In this document: positions 40,167 through 48,884 of the stretch, in pieces
How the letters are laid out: every line of letters begins with the position of its first letter
Numbering within the stretch: the stretch's first letter is position 1
NCBI GenBank assembly: GCA_040755995.1
Contig: JBFMAF010000031.1
Location: forward strand, 83,108 to 147,107
Reading direction: 5' to 3'
Origin: Acidobacteriota bacterium
Lineage (GTDB): Bacteria; Acidobacteriota; CAIWXX01
Length of the DNA: 64,000 nt
Notes under the pieces: generated by a model
The model's database searches: none
What the model was told of the DNA's origin: nothing
Seen by the model: the letters and a program-made list of their open reading frames with translations, nothing else
Program-made: the position numbers and the translations under genes

Positions 40167-40263
40167 CAGGACCAGTCCACCCACGCGCGCCTCCCTCCGC
40201 AGAATCCTCAGCATGCTCAATTCCCTCCAACCTTCATACGCGCAACCTGGAGGCGAAACCGCT
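40167..40263 (-). repeat. 97-bp duplicated upstream element, copy 1
   Basis: Ungapped match to 41478-41574; 40-bp core with 3 mismatches. Confidence 0.85.
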
Positions 40264-40305
40264 GCTCCGCAGCCGGTGAGGTCTGCGCGTGGTGACGTTC
40301 GGTGA

Positions 40306-41445
40306 TCATCTCAGGCGGTCTATCACTTCATCCAGTCTGTGCAGATAAAGAGTCCTGTGATTCCTGTACAGGCACGGATCCCAGAGAACTCCGTAGTATC
40401 CTTCACGCCGCACGATCCCCCGGAGCTCGTCAAGATTTCTCGCCCACACTTCCTCCTTCACGGGCATGCACCAAGGTTCTTCGTCGAGACTGGTTGCCCA
40501 GAAGTCCTTCGCGCCGTCGGTGTTGGGAATCAACGGGGTGTTCCATCTCCTGCGCTTGCCCTTCGCGGCGAGAATGGTCTGCCTCTGCTCGATCCAGTCG
40601 CCGACCGAGCCGATGTTGTGGACTGAAACCACGCCCACCCTGCTGTTCAGGCCCAACTCCAGGAATCGGGAGGCCTGGTTGTAAGAGAAGACCGTCATCC
40701 AGACTCTGGTCTTGGGAAGCGCGGTGAGCTGCAGCTCCTGCCTGTTGTCCTCGTCTTGATAGTAAGCGTACAACGAGTCCAGGATGCGGCTCTCCGCATC
40801 GAGAGCCCAGACGGGGGGCTGATTGCCTATCTCCCAGATCACCCTGTTCCTTGCCTTGGGATCCAGAGCTCTTACGAGCATGTCAATGAGCCGCCGTCCG
40901 AAATGCTCTGTGTCCGCGATGGAGGCCTCAGGTTTGAGGCCGCCCCATCCTTGCCAGTTATTTAGCTTGTTGTACGGGTGGTCCCCGAAATTCGGGCAAG
41001 TCGTTTTCAGCAGGGCACCGTATTCGCGGAGGCAGATTATCGGCGTGATCCCGCAGTCGAGTAGTCTGGTAATCCGGCCGCGAAACCTCTCGCTGAACTC
41101 ATCCGACAGCTTTGAGACGTCGAAGCCGCTGCTGTCGTGGGTGTAAGGAAAATAGTCTGCGCACGGGAACATGCCCTCGCCCTCGCCACATCGCGGTATG
41201 TAGTAGGTCCACATGTCCACAATGAACACGCGCACCGCCGGCACACGCCGCGCCGGAGCTGCGAAGTGTTTCTCCAGGATCTCATCGAATTCCTCATCGC
41301 TCCAGCACCAGATGTCACCGAGTACGTCTATCGAAGACTTCCTGCTGTCAATTGGCGCGGCAAGGCGCCCTGTGTCCTCCGCCCACGACGAATGCCAAAT
41401 GAGCACTGCTCCCAGGCCCAACAGCCACCAAGCTAACCTGCACAT
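40306..41445 (-). CDS. Secreted hypothetical protein, possibly glycoside hydrolase clan GH-A TIM barrel
   Basis: Signal peptide MCRLAWWLLGLGAVLIWHSSWA after GGAGG RBS; VRVF, GITPII.L, VIWEIGNQP, VSVH, PLIPNTDG. Confidence 0.65.
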   Translation of the reverse strand: MCRLAWWLLGLGAVLIWHSSWAEDTGRLAAPIDSRKSSIDVLGDIWCWSDEEFDEILEKHFAAPARRVPAVRVFIVDMWTYYIPRCGEGEGMFPCADYFPYTHDSSGFDVSKLSDEFSERFRGRITRLLDCGITPIICLREYGALLKTTCPNFGDHPYNKLNNWQGWGGLKPEASIADTEHFGRRLIDMLVRALDPKARNRVIWEIGNQPPVWALDAESRILDSLYAYYQDEDNRQELQLTALPKTRVWMTVFSYNQASRFLELGLNSRVGVVSVHNIGSVGDWIEQRQTILAAKGKRRRWNTPLIPNTDGAKDFWATSLDEEPWCMPVKEEVWARNLDELRGIVRREGYYGVLWDPCLYRNHRTLYLHRLDEVIDRLR

Positions 41446-41477
41446 GCCTCGCCTCCATCGCATGCCCGGCGACCTGC

Positions 41478-41574
41478 CAGGTCCGGTTGATCCACGTGCT
41501 CCCCCTTCCAGAGACTCCTCAGCATTCTCAACGACCTCCAACCCTCATACGCGCAACCTGGAAGGGAAACCGCT
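41478..41574 (-). repeat. 97-bp duplicated upstream element, copy 2
   Basis: Ungapped match to 40167-40263. Confidence 0.85.
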
Positions 41575-41580
41575 AATGCA

Positions 41581-41630
41581 AAATGAAAAAGGCAAAATGC
41601 CAAGGGGGGATCGCCCCCGGCGCGATGTCT
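41581..41630 (+). repeat. Imperfect ~50-bp direct repeat, copy 2
   Basis: Similar to 35886-35936. Confidence 0.6.
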
Positions 41631-41664
41631 GTTTCCTGGCTCCTGAATTCCTCTTCACACACTC

Positions 41665-41700
41665 TTGCCGCACTTCCGGGGTGATGGTAGTATTTCGATG
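41665..41700 (+). promoter_or_regulatory. Leaderless sigma70 promoter of the TIR pair
   Basis: TTGCCG-17-TAGTAT with extended TG; ATG 41701 lies 7 nt downstream; no RBS. Confidence 0.6.
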
Positions 41701-42099
41701 ATGAAAAGGATCTTTCTGAGCCACGCCGCTCGCGACCACCAGATGGCCTCGAAGCTTGCCGGACGATTGCGAGAAGAGGGGTTTGATGTGTTCCTGCAAG
41801 AGGAGCTGCCCGCCGGAGCCAACTTCGCCCTCGAGGTTGGCCGTAAGCTGGAGAAGGCCGACATCATGGTGGTCTTGCTCTCGCCCGATGCGGTGGCATC
41901 GAGCTGGGTACAGCGCGAGATTGAATACGCGCTCACATCCCGGCGGCTCAAGGGGCGCTTGGTGCCGGTGCAGGTCAGGCCGACCAAGGATATCCCGTGG
42001 ATACTTCGGCACCTTAATTTCCTCGATCTACGCGGGGAGGAGGCCGGGAAGGTCGACAAGGTAGTCGCGGCCCTCAAAGAGATTGATGACGCCGCGTAG
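41701..42099 (+). CDS. Stand-alone TIR domain protein
   Basis: IFLSHA.RD, G.DVF, VVLLSP..V.S.WV.REIEYA (catalytic Glu), LVPV. Confidence 0.92.
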   Translation: MKRIFLSHAARDHQMASKLAGRLREEGFDVFLQEELPAGANFALEVGRKLEKADIMVVLLSPDAVASSWVQREIEYALTSRRLKGRLVPVQVRPTKDIPWILRHLNFLDLRGEEAGKVDKVVAALKEIDDAA

Positions 42100-42616
42100 G
42101 CTGGGATCCAGGACTTCGATTCCACGGGAGGTCTTTCTCTCACACTCGGATCGCAACAGGGCGTTCGCGGCCCGGCTGGCCGGGGTTCTCGCACGACACG
42201 GAGTGCCCGTATGGTACAGCCGCCGTAGCCTGCTCGGCGCGCAGCAGTGGCACGATGAAATAGGCAGGGCCTTGCGACGTTGCGACTGGTTCATCGTCGT
42301 CTTGTCACCGCATTCGGTCCGGTCTGATTGGGTCAAGCGGGAGCTGGTATTCGCCTTGAGCCACGCGCAATACCGTGACCGCATTGTCCCAGTGATCCAC
42401 AAAGCCTGTGACCACGAGGCCTTGTCATGGACACTCGGGGGCTTTCAGATGATCGATTTTAGCGACGACTTCGATGCAGGCAGCCGACAGCTGTTGCGCG
42501 CATGGGGCCTGGGCTACTCCCCGGCCGACCATGTTGCGTCGAAGGGAGGCTCTGCAGGAGGCAGGGCTGCGCCGGTTCGTGAAGGGGTGACGAAGTCCGA
42601 ACGGAAACCGGGCTGA
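42086..42616 (+). CDS. Stand-alone TIR domain protein
   Basis: VFLSHS, GVPVWY, W.DEI..AL..CD.FIVVLSP.SV.S.WVKRELVFA (catalytic Glu), IVPV, Q.IDF; overlaps the first TIR's stop. Confidence 0.92.
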   Translation: MTPRRLGSRTSIPREVFLSHSDRNRAFAARLAGVLARHGVPVWYSRRSLLGAQQWHDEIGRALRRCDWFIVVLSPHSVRSDWVKRELVFALSHAQYRDRIVPVIHKACDHEALSWTLGGFQMIDFSDDFDAGSRQLLRAWGLGYSPADHVASKGGSAGGRAAPVREGVTKSERKPG

Positions 42617-42666
42617 GGTCGGCTCCGAGAAGGCTATCGCTTTGGCCTGAGCCGTTCGCAGCCGCC

Positions 42667-45285
42667 TCAGGCTTCGAACTTCTCCTTGTACTCGTACACC
42701 ACGCTGATCGCCTTGCGGACGCGGCCTGTCATGTACATCATGAGGTCTCCGGCCTCGGCCTTCTTGAGGGCCGCATCGAGCGCCTCCCATTCGTCCGGGA
42801 CCTCGCTGATTCGATCAGCCGGGTACTTGACGCTCGCGAATCCGTCTCGCAGCACCTTCAGGATCTCGCCGGGCTTGCGCCCGCGAAGATCCTTGTCCTC
42901 GTAGAGGATGACCTCGTCGGCGTACTTCGCCGAGGTCAAGGCGATCTGCGTGATGTCCTCGTCGCGGCGGTCGCCGACGGCGTCGAGGATGACAAGGCGG
43001 CGCTTGTAGTTCAGCCGCGAGATCAGGTCGAAGATGCTGGCGACGGCGAATGGGTTGTGCGCATAGTCGATCAGCACATCGAAGTCGCGGACGCGCAGGA
43101 TGTTCATGCGGCCCGGCGCCTGGGATGGTGAGGGGAAAAACGAACTCAACCCGAGGCGGATCTCGTCGACCTTCACGTGGAGCGCATAGGCGGCAGCGGT
43201 GGCCGCCATGGCATTCTGGATGTTGAAACCGGCCTTCCCTTCCATGGTGATCGGGATCTCGTACGCCTTCGCCACGGGCACAACGAGATCGCCTTCGAGG
43301 ATGGTGATGTAGCCGTTTTGGTAGACGACGGCAAGCCCGCCGGCTTCGACATGTTCCTTGACGGTCGGATTCTCGGGGTTCACGCTGAACCAGACGACGT
43401 GGTCTTTGCAGCGGCTCTGCATCCACCGGCACCACTTGTCGTCGGCGTTGAGCACGGAGTAGGCGCCGGGCCGCACGACCGACGGGACGATCGACTTGAG
43501 CTTCGCCAGGTCCTCGATTGTCTCGATATATCCGAGCCCGATGTGGTCTTCGGTGACGTTGAGGCAGATGCCGACATCCGCGGTGCCGTAGCCGAGGCCG
43601 TTGCGCAGCAGCCCGCCGCGGGCCGTCTCGAATACGGCACAATCCACGGTCGGATCCTGCAAGATCATGCGGGCCGATCGCGGGCCGCTCATGTCGCCGG
43701 CTATGATCAGCCGGTCTCGCACGTAGATGCCGTCGGTACAGGTCATGCCTACGCTCTTGCCCGTGTTTTTCATGATATGGGCGATCAGTCGCACGGCGGT
43801 GGTCTTGCCGTTGGTACCCGTGACGCTGACGATGGGGATGTCTGAAGGAGAGCCCGGCGGGAACAGCATGTCGACGATGGGGGCGGCCACGTTGCGCGGC
43901 TTGCCTTCGGATGGGCTCAGATGCATCCGGATGCCGGGCGCGGCGTTCACCTCGATCACTGCCCCGCCGTTCTCGGTGATGGGGGTCTCCAGCGTGGGCG
44001 CGATGATGTCGATGCCGGCGATGTCGAGCCCGATGTACCTCGCCACGCGCTCCACCATGAACTTGTTCATCGAATGTACCTTGTGCGTCACGTCGATGGC
44101 GGTGCCGCCGGTGGAAAGATTCGCAGTGCGCTCCAGATAGAAAACCTCGCCCTCGCGCAGGATGGTGTCGAGCGTGCAGCCGGTCTCAAGCAACAGGCTC
44201 TCAGTGTTCGGGGTGACCTTCAGCAACGTCATCACGTTCGAGTGCCCGTGGCCGCGCCGCGGGTTCTTGTTCTCGGCGTCGATGAGCTCCTTGATCGTGT
44301 GCTTCCCGTCCCCGACGACGTTGGCCGGGATCCGCTGAGCGGCCGCGATGAACTTGCCGGCGATCACGAGGACGCGGTAGTCGTTGCCCACGCGCCTCTC
44401 CTCGACGACGATCTTCTTCGAAAGCTCCTTCGCACGATCAAAAGCCGCTTTGAGCTGATCCTCGTTCTTGACGCCCACGGTCACTCCCTTGCCGTGGTGA
44501 CCGTCGAACGGCTTGACCACCACGGGATAGCCGATGTCGCGGGCGTCTTCCAGCGCCGACGAGAACTTGGTGGCGATCGTTCCCTTGGGCACAGGTATGC
44601 CGTTGTCCTCGAGTATCATCTTCGTCAGCCGCTTGTTCCCCGCCGTCTCGACCGCGATGAGACTCGTCTGCGAGCTCAATGTAGCCTGGATCTTCTTCTG
44701 GTACTTGCCCTCTCCAAGCTGCACCAGGTTGTAGTCGTCGAGACGAATTACGGTGATCTTGCGCCGCCGGGCCTCGTCGACAATCGCCATCGTCGACGGC
44801 CCGAGGTAGTGCTCGTCGCGAATGTTCTTGATCTCCGTGATCACGGCGTCCACGTCGATTTTTTCCTCAGGCACGCCGCGAATGATGTCCTGTACGATCC
44901 GGACCGTTTCCTCTCCCGCGTAGATGCCCGCTTCTTCCACCCAGTACTCGAACACAATCTGGTGGACCCCCTTCTGCTTCGTTGGGTAGGACTTGCAGTA
45001 GTACGCGTCCATGTAAGAGAGCCACTGGAGCTCGATCGCAACGTGCTCGATTACGTGCGTGAGCGGGCTCCCCTCCCTCAAGCGCATCAAGAGTCCCCCC
45101 TCGCTGTCGGTGGCGCATCGATGCTCGGAGAGGCTCGGAATCAATGTCACCAGGCGATCGATGAACCCGGGGATCTGCGTCGTCAGCGTATCGGCGTGGT
45201 CCTCCAAATCGAGGACCATCCGGATGACCGGGTTCTCGCTCCAGAAATTCGCCCCCTGCAGCGCCCTGATCTCTAGTATCTTCAT
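42667..45285 (-). CDS. cphA: Cyanophycin synthetase (canonical CphA1)
   Basis: 872 aa; Cx19HxxEH; KPFDGHHGKGVT, DYRVLV, ANLSTGG, IEVNAAPGIRMH; VTGTNGKTT, ETARGG, EDHIG, PGRMN, DYAHNP. Confidence 0.96.
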   Translation of the reverse strand: MKILEIRALQGANFWSENPVIRMVLDLEDHADTLTTQIPGFIDRLVTLIPSLSEHRCATDSEGGLLMRLREGSPLTHVIEHVAIELQWLSYMDAYYCKSYPTKQKGVHQIVFEYWVEEAGIYAGEETVRIVQDIIRGVPEEKIDVDAVITEIKNIRDEHYLGPSTMAIVDEARRRKITVIRLDDYNLVQLGEGKYQKKIQATLSSQTSLIAVETAGNKRLTKMILEDNGIPVPKGTIATKFSSALEDARDIGYPVVVKPFDGHHGKGVTVGVKNEDQLKAAFDRAKELSKKIVVEERRVGNDYRVLVIAGKFIAAAQRIPANVVGDGKHTIKELIDAENKNPRRGHGHSNVMTLLKVTPNTESLLLETGCTLDTILREGEVFYLERTANLSTGGTAIDVTHKVHSMNKFMVERVARYIGLDIAGIDIIAPTLETPITENGGAVIEVNAAPGIRMHLSPSEGKPRNVAAPIVDMLFPPGSPSDIPIVSVTGTNGKTTAVRLIAHIMKNTGKSVGMTCTDGIYVRDRLIIAGDMSGPRSARMILQDPTVDCAVFETARGGLLRNGLGYGTADVGICLNVTEDHIGLGYIETIEDLAKLKSIVPSVVRPGAYSVLNADDKWCRWMQSRCKDHVVWFSVNPENPTVKEHVEAGGLAVVYQNGYITILEGDLVVPVAKAYEIPITMEGKAGFNIQNAMAATAAAYALHVKVDEIRLGLSSFFPSPSQAPGRMNILRVRDFDVLIDYAHNPFAVASIFDLISRLNYKRRLVILDAVGDRRDEDITQIALTSAKYADEVILYEDKDLRGRKPGEILKVLRDGFASVKYPADRISEVPDEWEALDAALKKAEAGDLMMYMTGRVRKAISVVYEYKEKFEA

Positions 45286-45398
45286 GAAACCCTCCCTGCG
45301 GATTCTCTCACAAGTGGAATTGACAGCTCACCTAGTCTAAGCCAACCGAACGTCGCAGTTCAACACAGCGGCGCGGCGAACCCGCAGGGCGGCTTGGC

Positions 45399-47999
45399 TC
45401 AATGACCGCCGGATTCGGGCTGATCCAGCAGCGAGCGGTAACGAGCTGCCTGATCCTGCCTCTGGCTGGCCTCGTACATGCGGACGAGGCGCCTTATGGC
45501 ATCCTGCGTACGCTCGTGCTTGTCGCCCAACTCGGCGTGCAGATTCTCGTAGCCGCTCACCAGAAGCGGCTCCGCGTCGCTCAACCTCCCCAGCCTCCAC
45601 AGGCACTCGCCGAGCACGCTCTCGGAATTGGCGATGAGCCAGTGGCCCGGCGGCATCGCCTTCCGGCGCAAGTCCAAGCTCTCCAGCAGAAGCGGCTCAG
45701 CTGCCGCCGCATCCCCTTGTTCGAGCAGGCTTCTGCCCAGAACCTGGAGCGCGCTGGCGATCATTGGATGGCCGTCGGGCAGAGACCTGCCGCGCATTTC
45801 GAGCACCTGGCGCGACAGATCGGCGGCCTTCACGTAGTCGCCCTTCTCGAACATGGTGAAGCCGTAGTTGTAGAGAAGCCATGCTACATCCGGATGATCC
45901 TTGCCAAGGACCTTTCGGCGCAGATCGAGAGCCTGCTGGTAGAGCTGCTCGGCCTCGGCATAGTTCTTCTGCGCTCCGACGACCGTGGCCAGCGTGCTCA
46001 AGGCGCTGGAGACGTCCGGGTGCTCCGGGCCTCGCACCTTACGGAGGATATCGAGGGCCTCCCGGTTGAGCGGTTCGGCGGCCACGTAATCGCCCTTGGT
46101 GCCGAGCACTACCGCAAGATCGTTCAGGCTTTGAGCGATGTCGGCGTGATCATGGGGCAACAGAGATCTTCGAATATCGATCTCCTCTCGGTGAAGCCGC
46201 TCGGCGGCCCCCAGGTCGCCTTTCAGCACCATCAGGCCAGCCAGGTTGTTCAGAACCGATGCAACTTCGAGGTCCCGGTCGCCGCGTACTTTCCGCAAGA
46301 CGGCCAGCGCCCCCCGGTACAGCGGCTCTGCACCTGCCACGTCCCCCTTCGACTCGAGCAGCATCCCGAGGTTGTTCATGCTCATCGCGGTGTCGCCGTT
46401 CTCGCGCCCGAACAGCGTCATGCGCGCGTCCAACGCGTCGCGCAGCTGGCGCTCGGCCTGCTCATACAGGCCCAGGCTCATGTAAGTCAGACCGATCGTG
46501 GTCCGCACGGCTGCCTGGATCTCGGGCTGTCCGCGAAGCTCCGTCTTGGCGCGCTGGGCGGCCTCGTCGAGCACCTCGGCGACGGTCACGTCCTTTCCGC
46601 GGTAACGAGGATCCGCCGAGCTCAACATATCCTGCACGAACGCGTTTATCTGCTCCGCCTTCTGAGCCTCGACCCTTGTGCGATCGCGTTCGCTGGCTGC
46701 GATTCTGGCCTGCCACGCCGTCGCCACGATGCCTCCGACGAGCGAGAGCAGCACGAGCCCCGCGGCAGCGACCCCCACCTTGTGCCGCAAGACGAATTTG
46801 CCGGCCCGGTAACGGAAGGTGTCCTCCCGGGCGATGACGGGCAATCCGACCTGGTGCCTGCGGAGATCGTCCGAGAACTGCTCTACCGTGGCGTACCTTC
46901 GGCGCGGCTCCTTGCGCATCGCCATCAGGACGATGTTGTCGAGGTCTCCTTCCAACAGTCTGCGCAGCTTTTCCGGGGGCTCGGCGTATTCAGCCTCAAC
47001 CTGAGGTCCGGCGCCGACGGTAGCGCTCGGATCCGCGGCGCTCCCGGGCTCGATCACCGCCGCGCTCGGCCGTGCCGGATCCTCGATGCAGATGGATCGA
47101 AGGACCTCGTCGAAGCGGCGGCCCTTCAGGATGTACGGCGGGCGACCGGTCAGCAGGCGATACAGCAATACACCCAGCGAGTACACGTCGCTTACGGTAG
47201 TGATGTTCTCTCCGCGCAGCTGCTCGGGGCTCGCGTAGTCGAGCGTCATGAGCTGCTGGCCCGGGGCCGTCGCGCCGGCAGTCTTGGATGGATCCGGATT
47301 GAGCAGTTTGGCGATGCCGAAATCGAGCAGCTTCGGAACGCCCTCCCGCGTGACCAGGATGTTCCCATGCTTTATGTCGCGGTGCACGACCAGATGCTGA
47401 TGAGCGTAGTGCACGGCGGAGCAGACGACGCGAAAGAGACTGAGGCGGTCCGGGATGGAGAGATGATGTTCCCGGCAGTACGCGTCGATCGGTCGTCCTT
47501 CCACGTACTCCATGACGAGGTAGGGCCGCCCGTCGGCGGTCCTGCCGCCATCGAGCAGCCTGGCGATGTTCGGGTGGTCGAGACTCGCCAGAATCTGGCG
47601 TTCGGTGTGGAAGCGGTGCAGGAGAAACTCGGAGTCCATCCCGGGTCTAACAACCTTGATGGCCACCTGCATCTGGTACTGGTCGTCGGCGCGGGCGGCC
47701 AGGTAGACCGAGCCCATCCCGCCGTGTCCGATCTCGCGGATGATCTTGTACGGGCCGATGGCGTGGCCTTCGCCCAGGGTCTTGGCGGAACTGCTCATGA
47801 GCATCACGGCATCCTCGGCCACGGGCTTCGCCAGAAACCGCGTCGAGTCCTCGTGCGATGCGATCAGCGAATCGAGCTCCGAGCGCAGGCCCGCATCGCC
47901 GCGGCAGGCCTCATCCAGAAAGCGGCCGCGCTCGGCCGCCTCGCGCTCCAGCGCCGCGTGGAAGAGCGCCTCGATCAGCTCCCAACGCTGCGGATCCAT
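45399..47999 (-). CDS. Membrane Hanks-type Ser/Thr protein kinase with extracytoplasmic TPR repeats
   Basis: GHGGMGSVY, VAIK, HRDIK..N, DFG, YASPEQ, SDVYSLG; TM helix; kinesin-light-chain-like TPRs. Confidence 0.96.
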   Translation of the reverse strand: MDPQRWELIEALFHAALEREAAERGRFLDEACRGDAGLRSELDSLIASHEDSTRFLAKPVAEDAVMLMSSSAKTLGEGHAIGPYKIIREIGHGGMGSVYLAARADDQYQMQVAIKVVRPGMDSEFLLHRFHTERQILASLDHPNIARLLDGGRTADGRPYLVMEYVEGRPIDAYCREHHLSIPDRLSLFRVVCSAVHYAHQHLVVHRDIKHGNILVTREGVPKLLDFGIAKLLNPDPSKTAGATAPGQQLMTLDYASPEQLRGENITTVSDVYSLGVLLYRLLTGRPPYILKGRRFDEVLRSICIEDPARPSAAVIEPGSAADPSATVGAGPQVEAEYAEPPEKLRRLLEGDLDNIVLMAMRKEPRRRYATVEQFSDDLRRHQVGLPVIAREDTFRYRAGKFVLRHKVGVAAAGLVLLSLVGGIVATAWQARIAASERDRTRVEAQKAEQINAFVQDMLSSADPRYRGKDVTVAEVLDEAAQRAKTELRGQPEIQAAVRTTIGLTYMSLGLYEQAERQLRDALDARMTLFGRENGDTAMSMNNLGMLLESKGDVAGAEPLYRGALAVLRKVRGDRDLEVASVLNNLAGLMVLKGDLGAAERLHREEIDIRRSLLPHDHADIAQSLNDLAVVLGTKGDYVAAEPLNREALDILRKVRGPEHPDVSSALSTLATVVGAQKNYAEAEQLYQQALDLRRKVLGKDHPDVAWLLYNYGFTMFEKGDYVKAADLSRQVLEMRGRSLPDGHPMIASALQVLGRSLLEQGDAAAAEPLLLESLDLRRKAMPPGHWLIANSESVLGECLWRLGRLSDAEPLLVSGYENLHAELGDKHERTQDAIRRLVRMYEASQRQDQAARYRSLLDQPESGGH

Positions 48000-48022
48000 G
48001 CTCTCCGCGCCCACGGTGCGGC

Positions 48023-48685
48023 CTATTTCGGCGCACCGCCTCCTTCGTCGCCGCCGGAGGCATCGCGATCGCGATCACCCTCGGCCACACCGCCCTCGCC
48101 GCCCTTCTTCATCTCCCTGTGCAACCACGCCTTCGCCATGCTCCAGTCTCTCAGCACCGTCACAGGAGATACATTCAAGAGCGCGGCGATCTCATCGGTC
48201 GACAGCCCGCCGAAAAACCGCAGCTCGACGACCTGGCTCTTGCGCTGGTCGATCTCCGCGAGCCCGCGGAGAGCGTCGTCAAGAGCGACGAGGTCGCGAG
48301 ATTTTTCCACCGAAAGATTCGGAGTCTCGTCCAGGGAGATCCGCGGAGCGCCGCCGCCACGCTTGGCGTAGTGGTGACTGCGGGCGTGGTCTATGAGAAT
48401 ACGCCGCATCTGCTGGGCCGCGATGGCGTAGAACTGGGCGCGGTTCTGCCAGTTCACGCGAGTTTGATCGATGAGCCGCAGATACGCTTCGTTCACCAGC
48501 GCGGTCGCCTGTAGTGTGTGGCCGGCGCGCTCCCTCGACATGTAGCGCCTTGCCAGGCGGTGCAGCTCCTCGTAGACCAGCGGCATCAACTCCGCCATGG
48601 CGTTCTCGTCACCCTTGCCCCAGTCGACCAGCATCTGCGTGAGCTGTTCGCGCGACGAGGGTGTTCGCGAATCTTCCATATTCAT
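48023..48685 (-). CDS. ECF sigma factor, Ser/Thr-kinase-associated type (TIGR02999-like)
   Basis: LMPLVYEELHRLA, HTLQATALVNEAYLRL, MRRILIDHAR, KRGGG, VELRFFGGL, RDW..AKAWL. Confidence 0.95.
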   Translation of the reverse strand: MNMEDSRTPSSREQLTQMLVDWGKGDENAMAELMPLVYEELHRLARRYMSRERAGHTLQATALVNEAYLRLIDQTRVNWQNRAQFYAIAAQQMRRILIDHARSHHYAKRGGGAPRISLDETPNLSVEKSRDLVALDDALRGLAEIDQRKSQVVELRFFGGLSTDEIAALLNVSPVTVLRDWSMAKAWLHREMKKGGEGGVAEGDRDRDASGGDEGGGAPK

Positions 48686-48884
48686 GGATCGATACGCTGT
48701 TGTGTCTTGCGACCGACGCGGAGAACCGAAATGTTCATCATCACTTTACCTGCTCCACGAGACAGGCTGTGTCTCAGTGGGTCACAGCCTGCACGATCAG
48801 CATTATTATTCTCCAAATCGAGGCTGGGCAAAAGACCCACAGGGTCGACCTCCAGCCACCCGGACCGCACCCTTTGGATGGCGT

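Noticed and set aside
40021..41541. Homologous short peptides MEGIEHAEDSAEGGARG / MEVVENAEESLEGGARG as a conserved leader peptide
   Set aside because: Explained by the DNA repeat; TTG starts without RBS, and better starts lie downstream. Not fully excluded
41701..42616. Complete Thoeris system
   Set aside because: No ThsA-type effector in the window; the TIRs look like generic TIR_2 domains
35885..42666. Integron cassette array or prophage/IS
   Set aside because: No attC-like GTTRRRY/RYYYAAC palindromes, integrase, transposase or phage genes recognised
45402..48371. 989-aa plus-strand ORF
   Set aside because: Antisense shadow of the kinase and ECF genes
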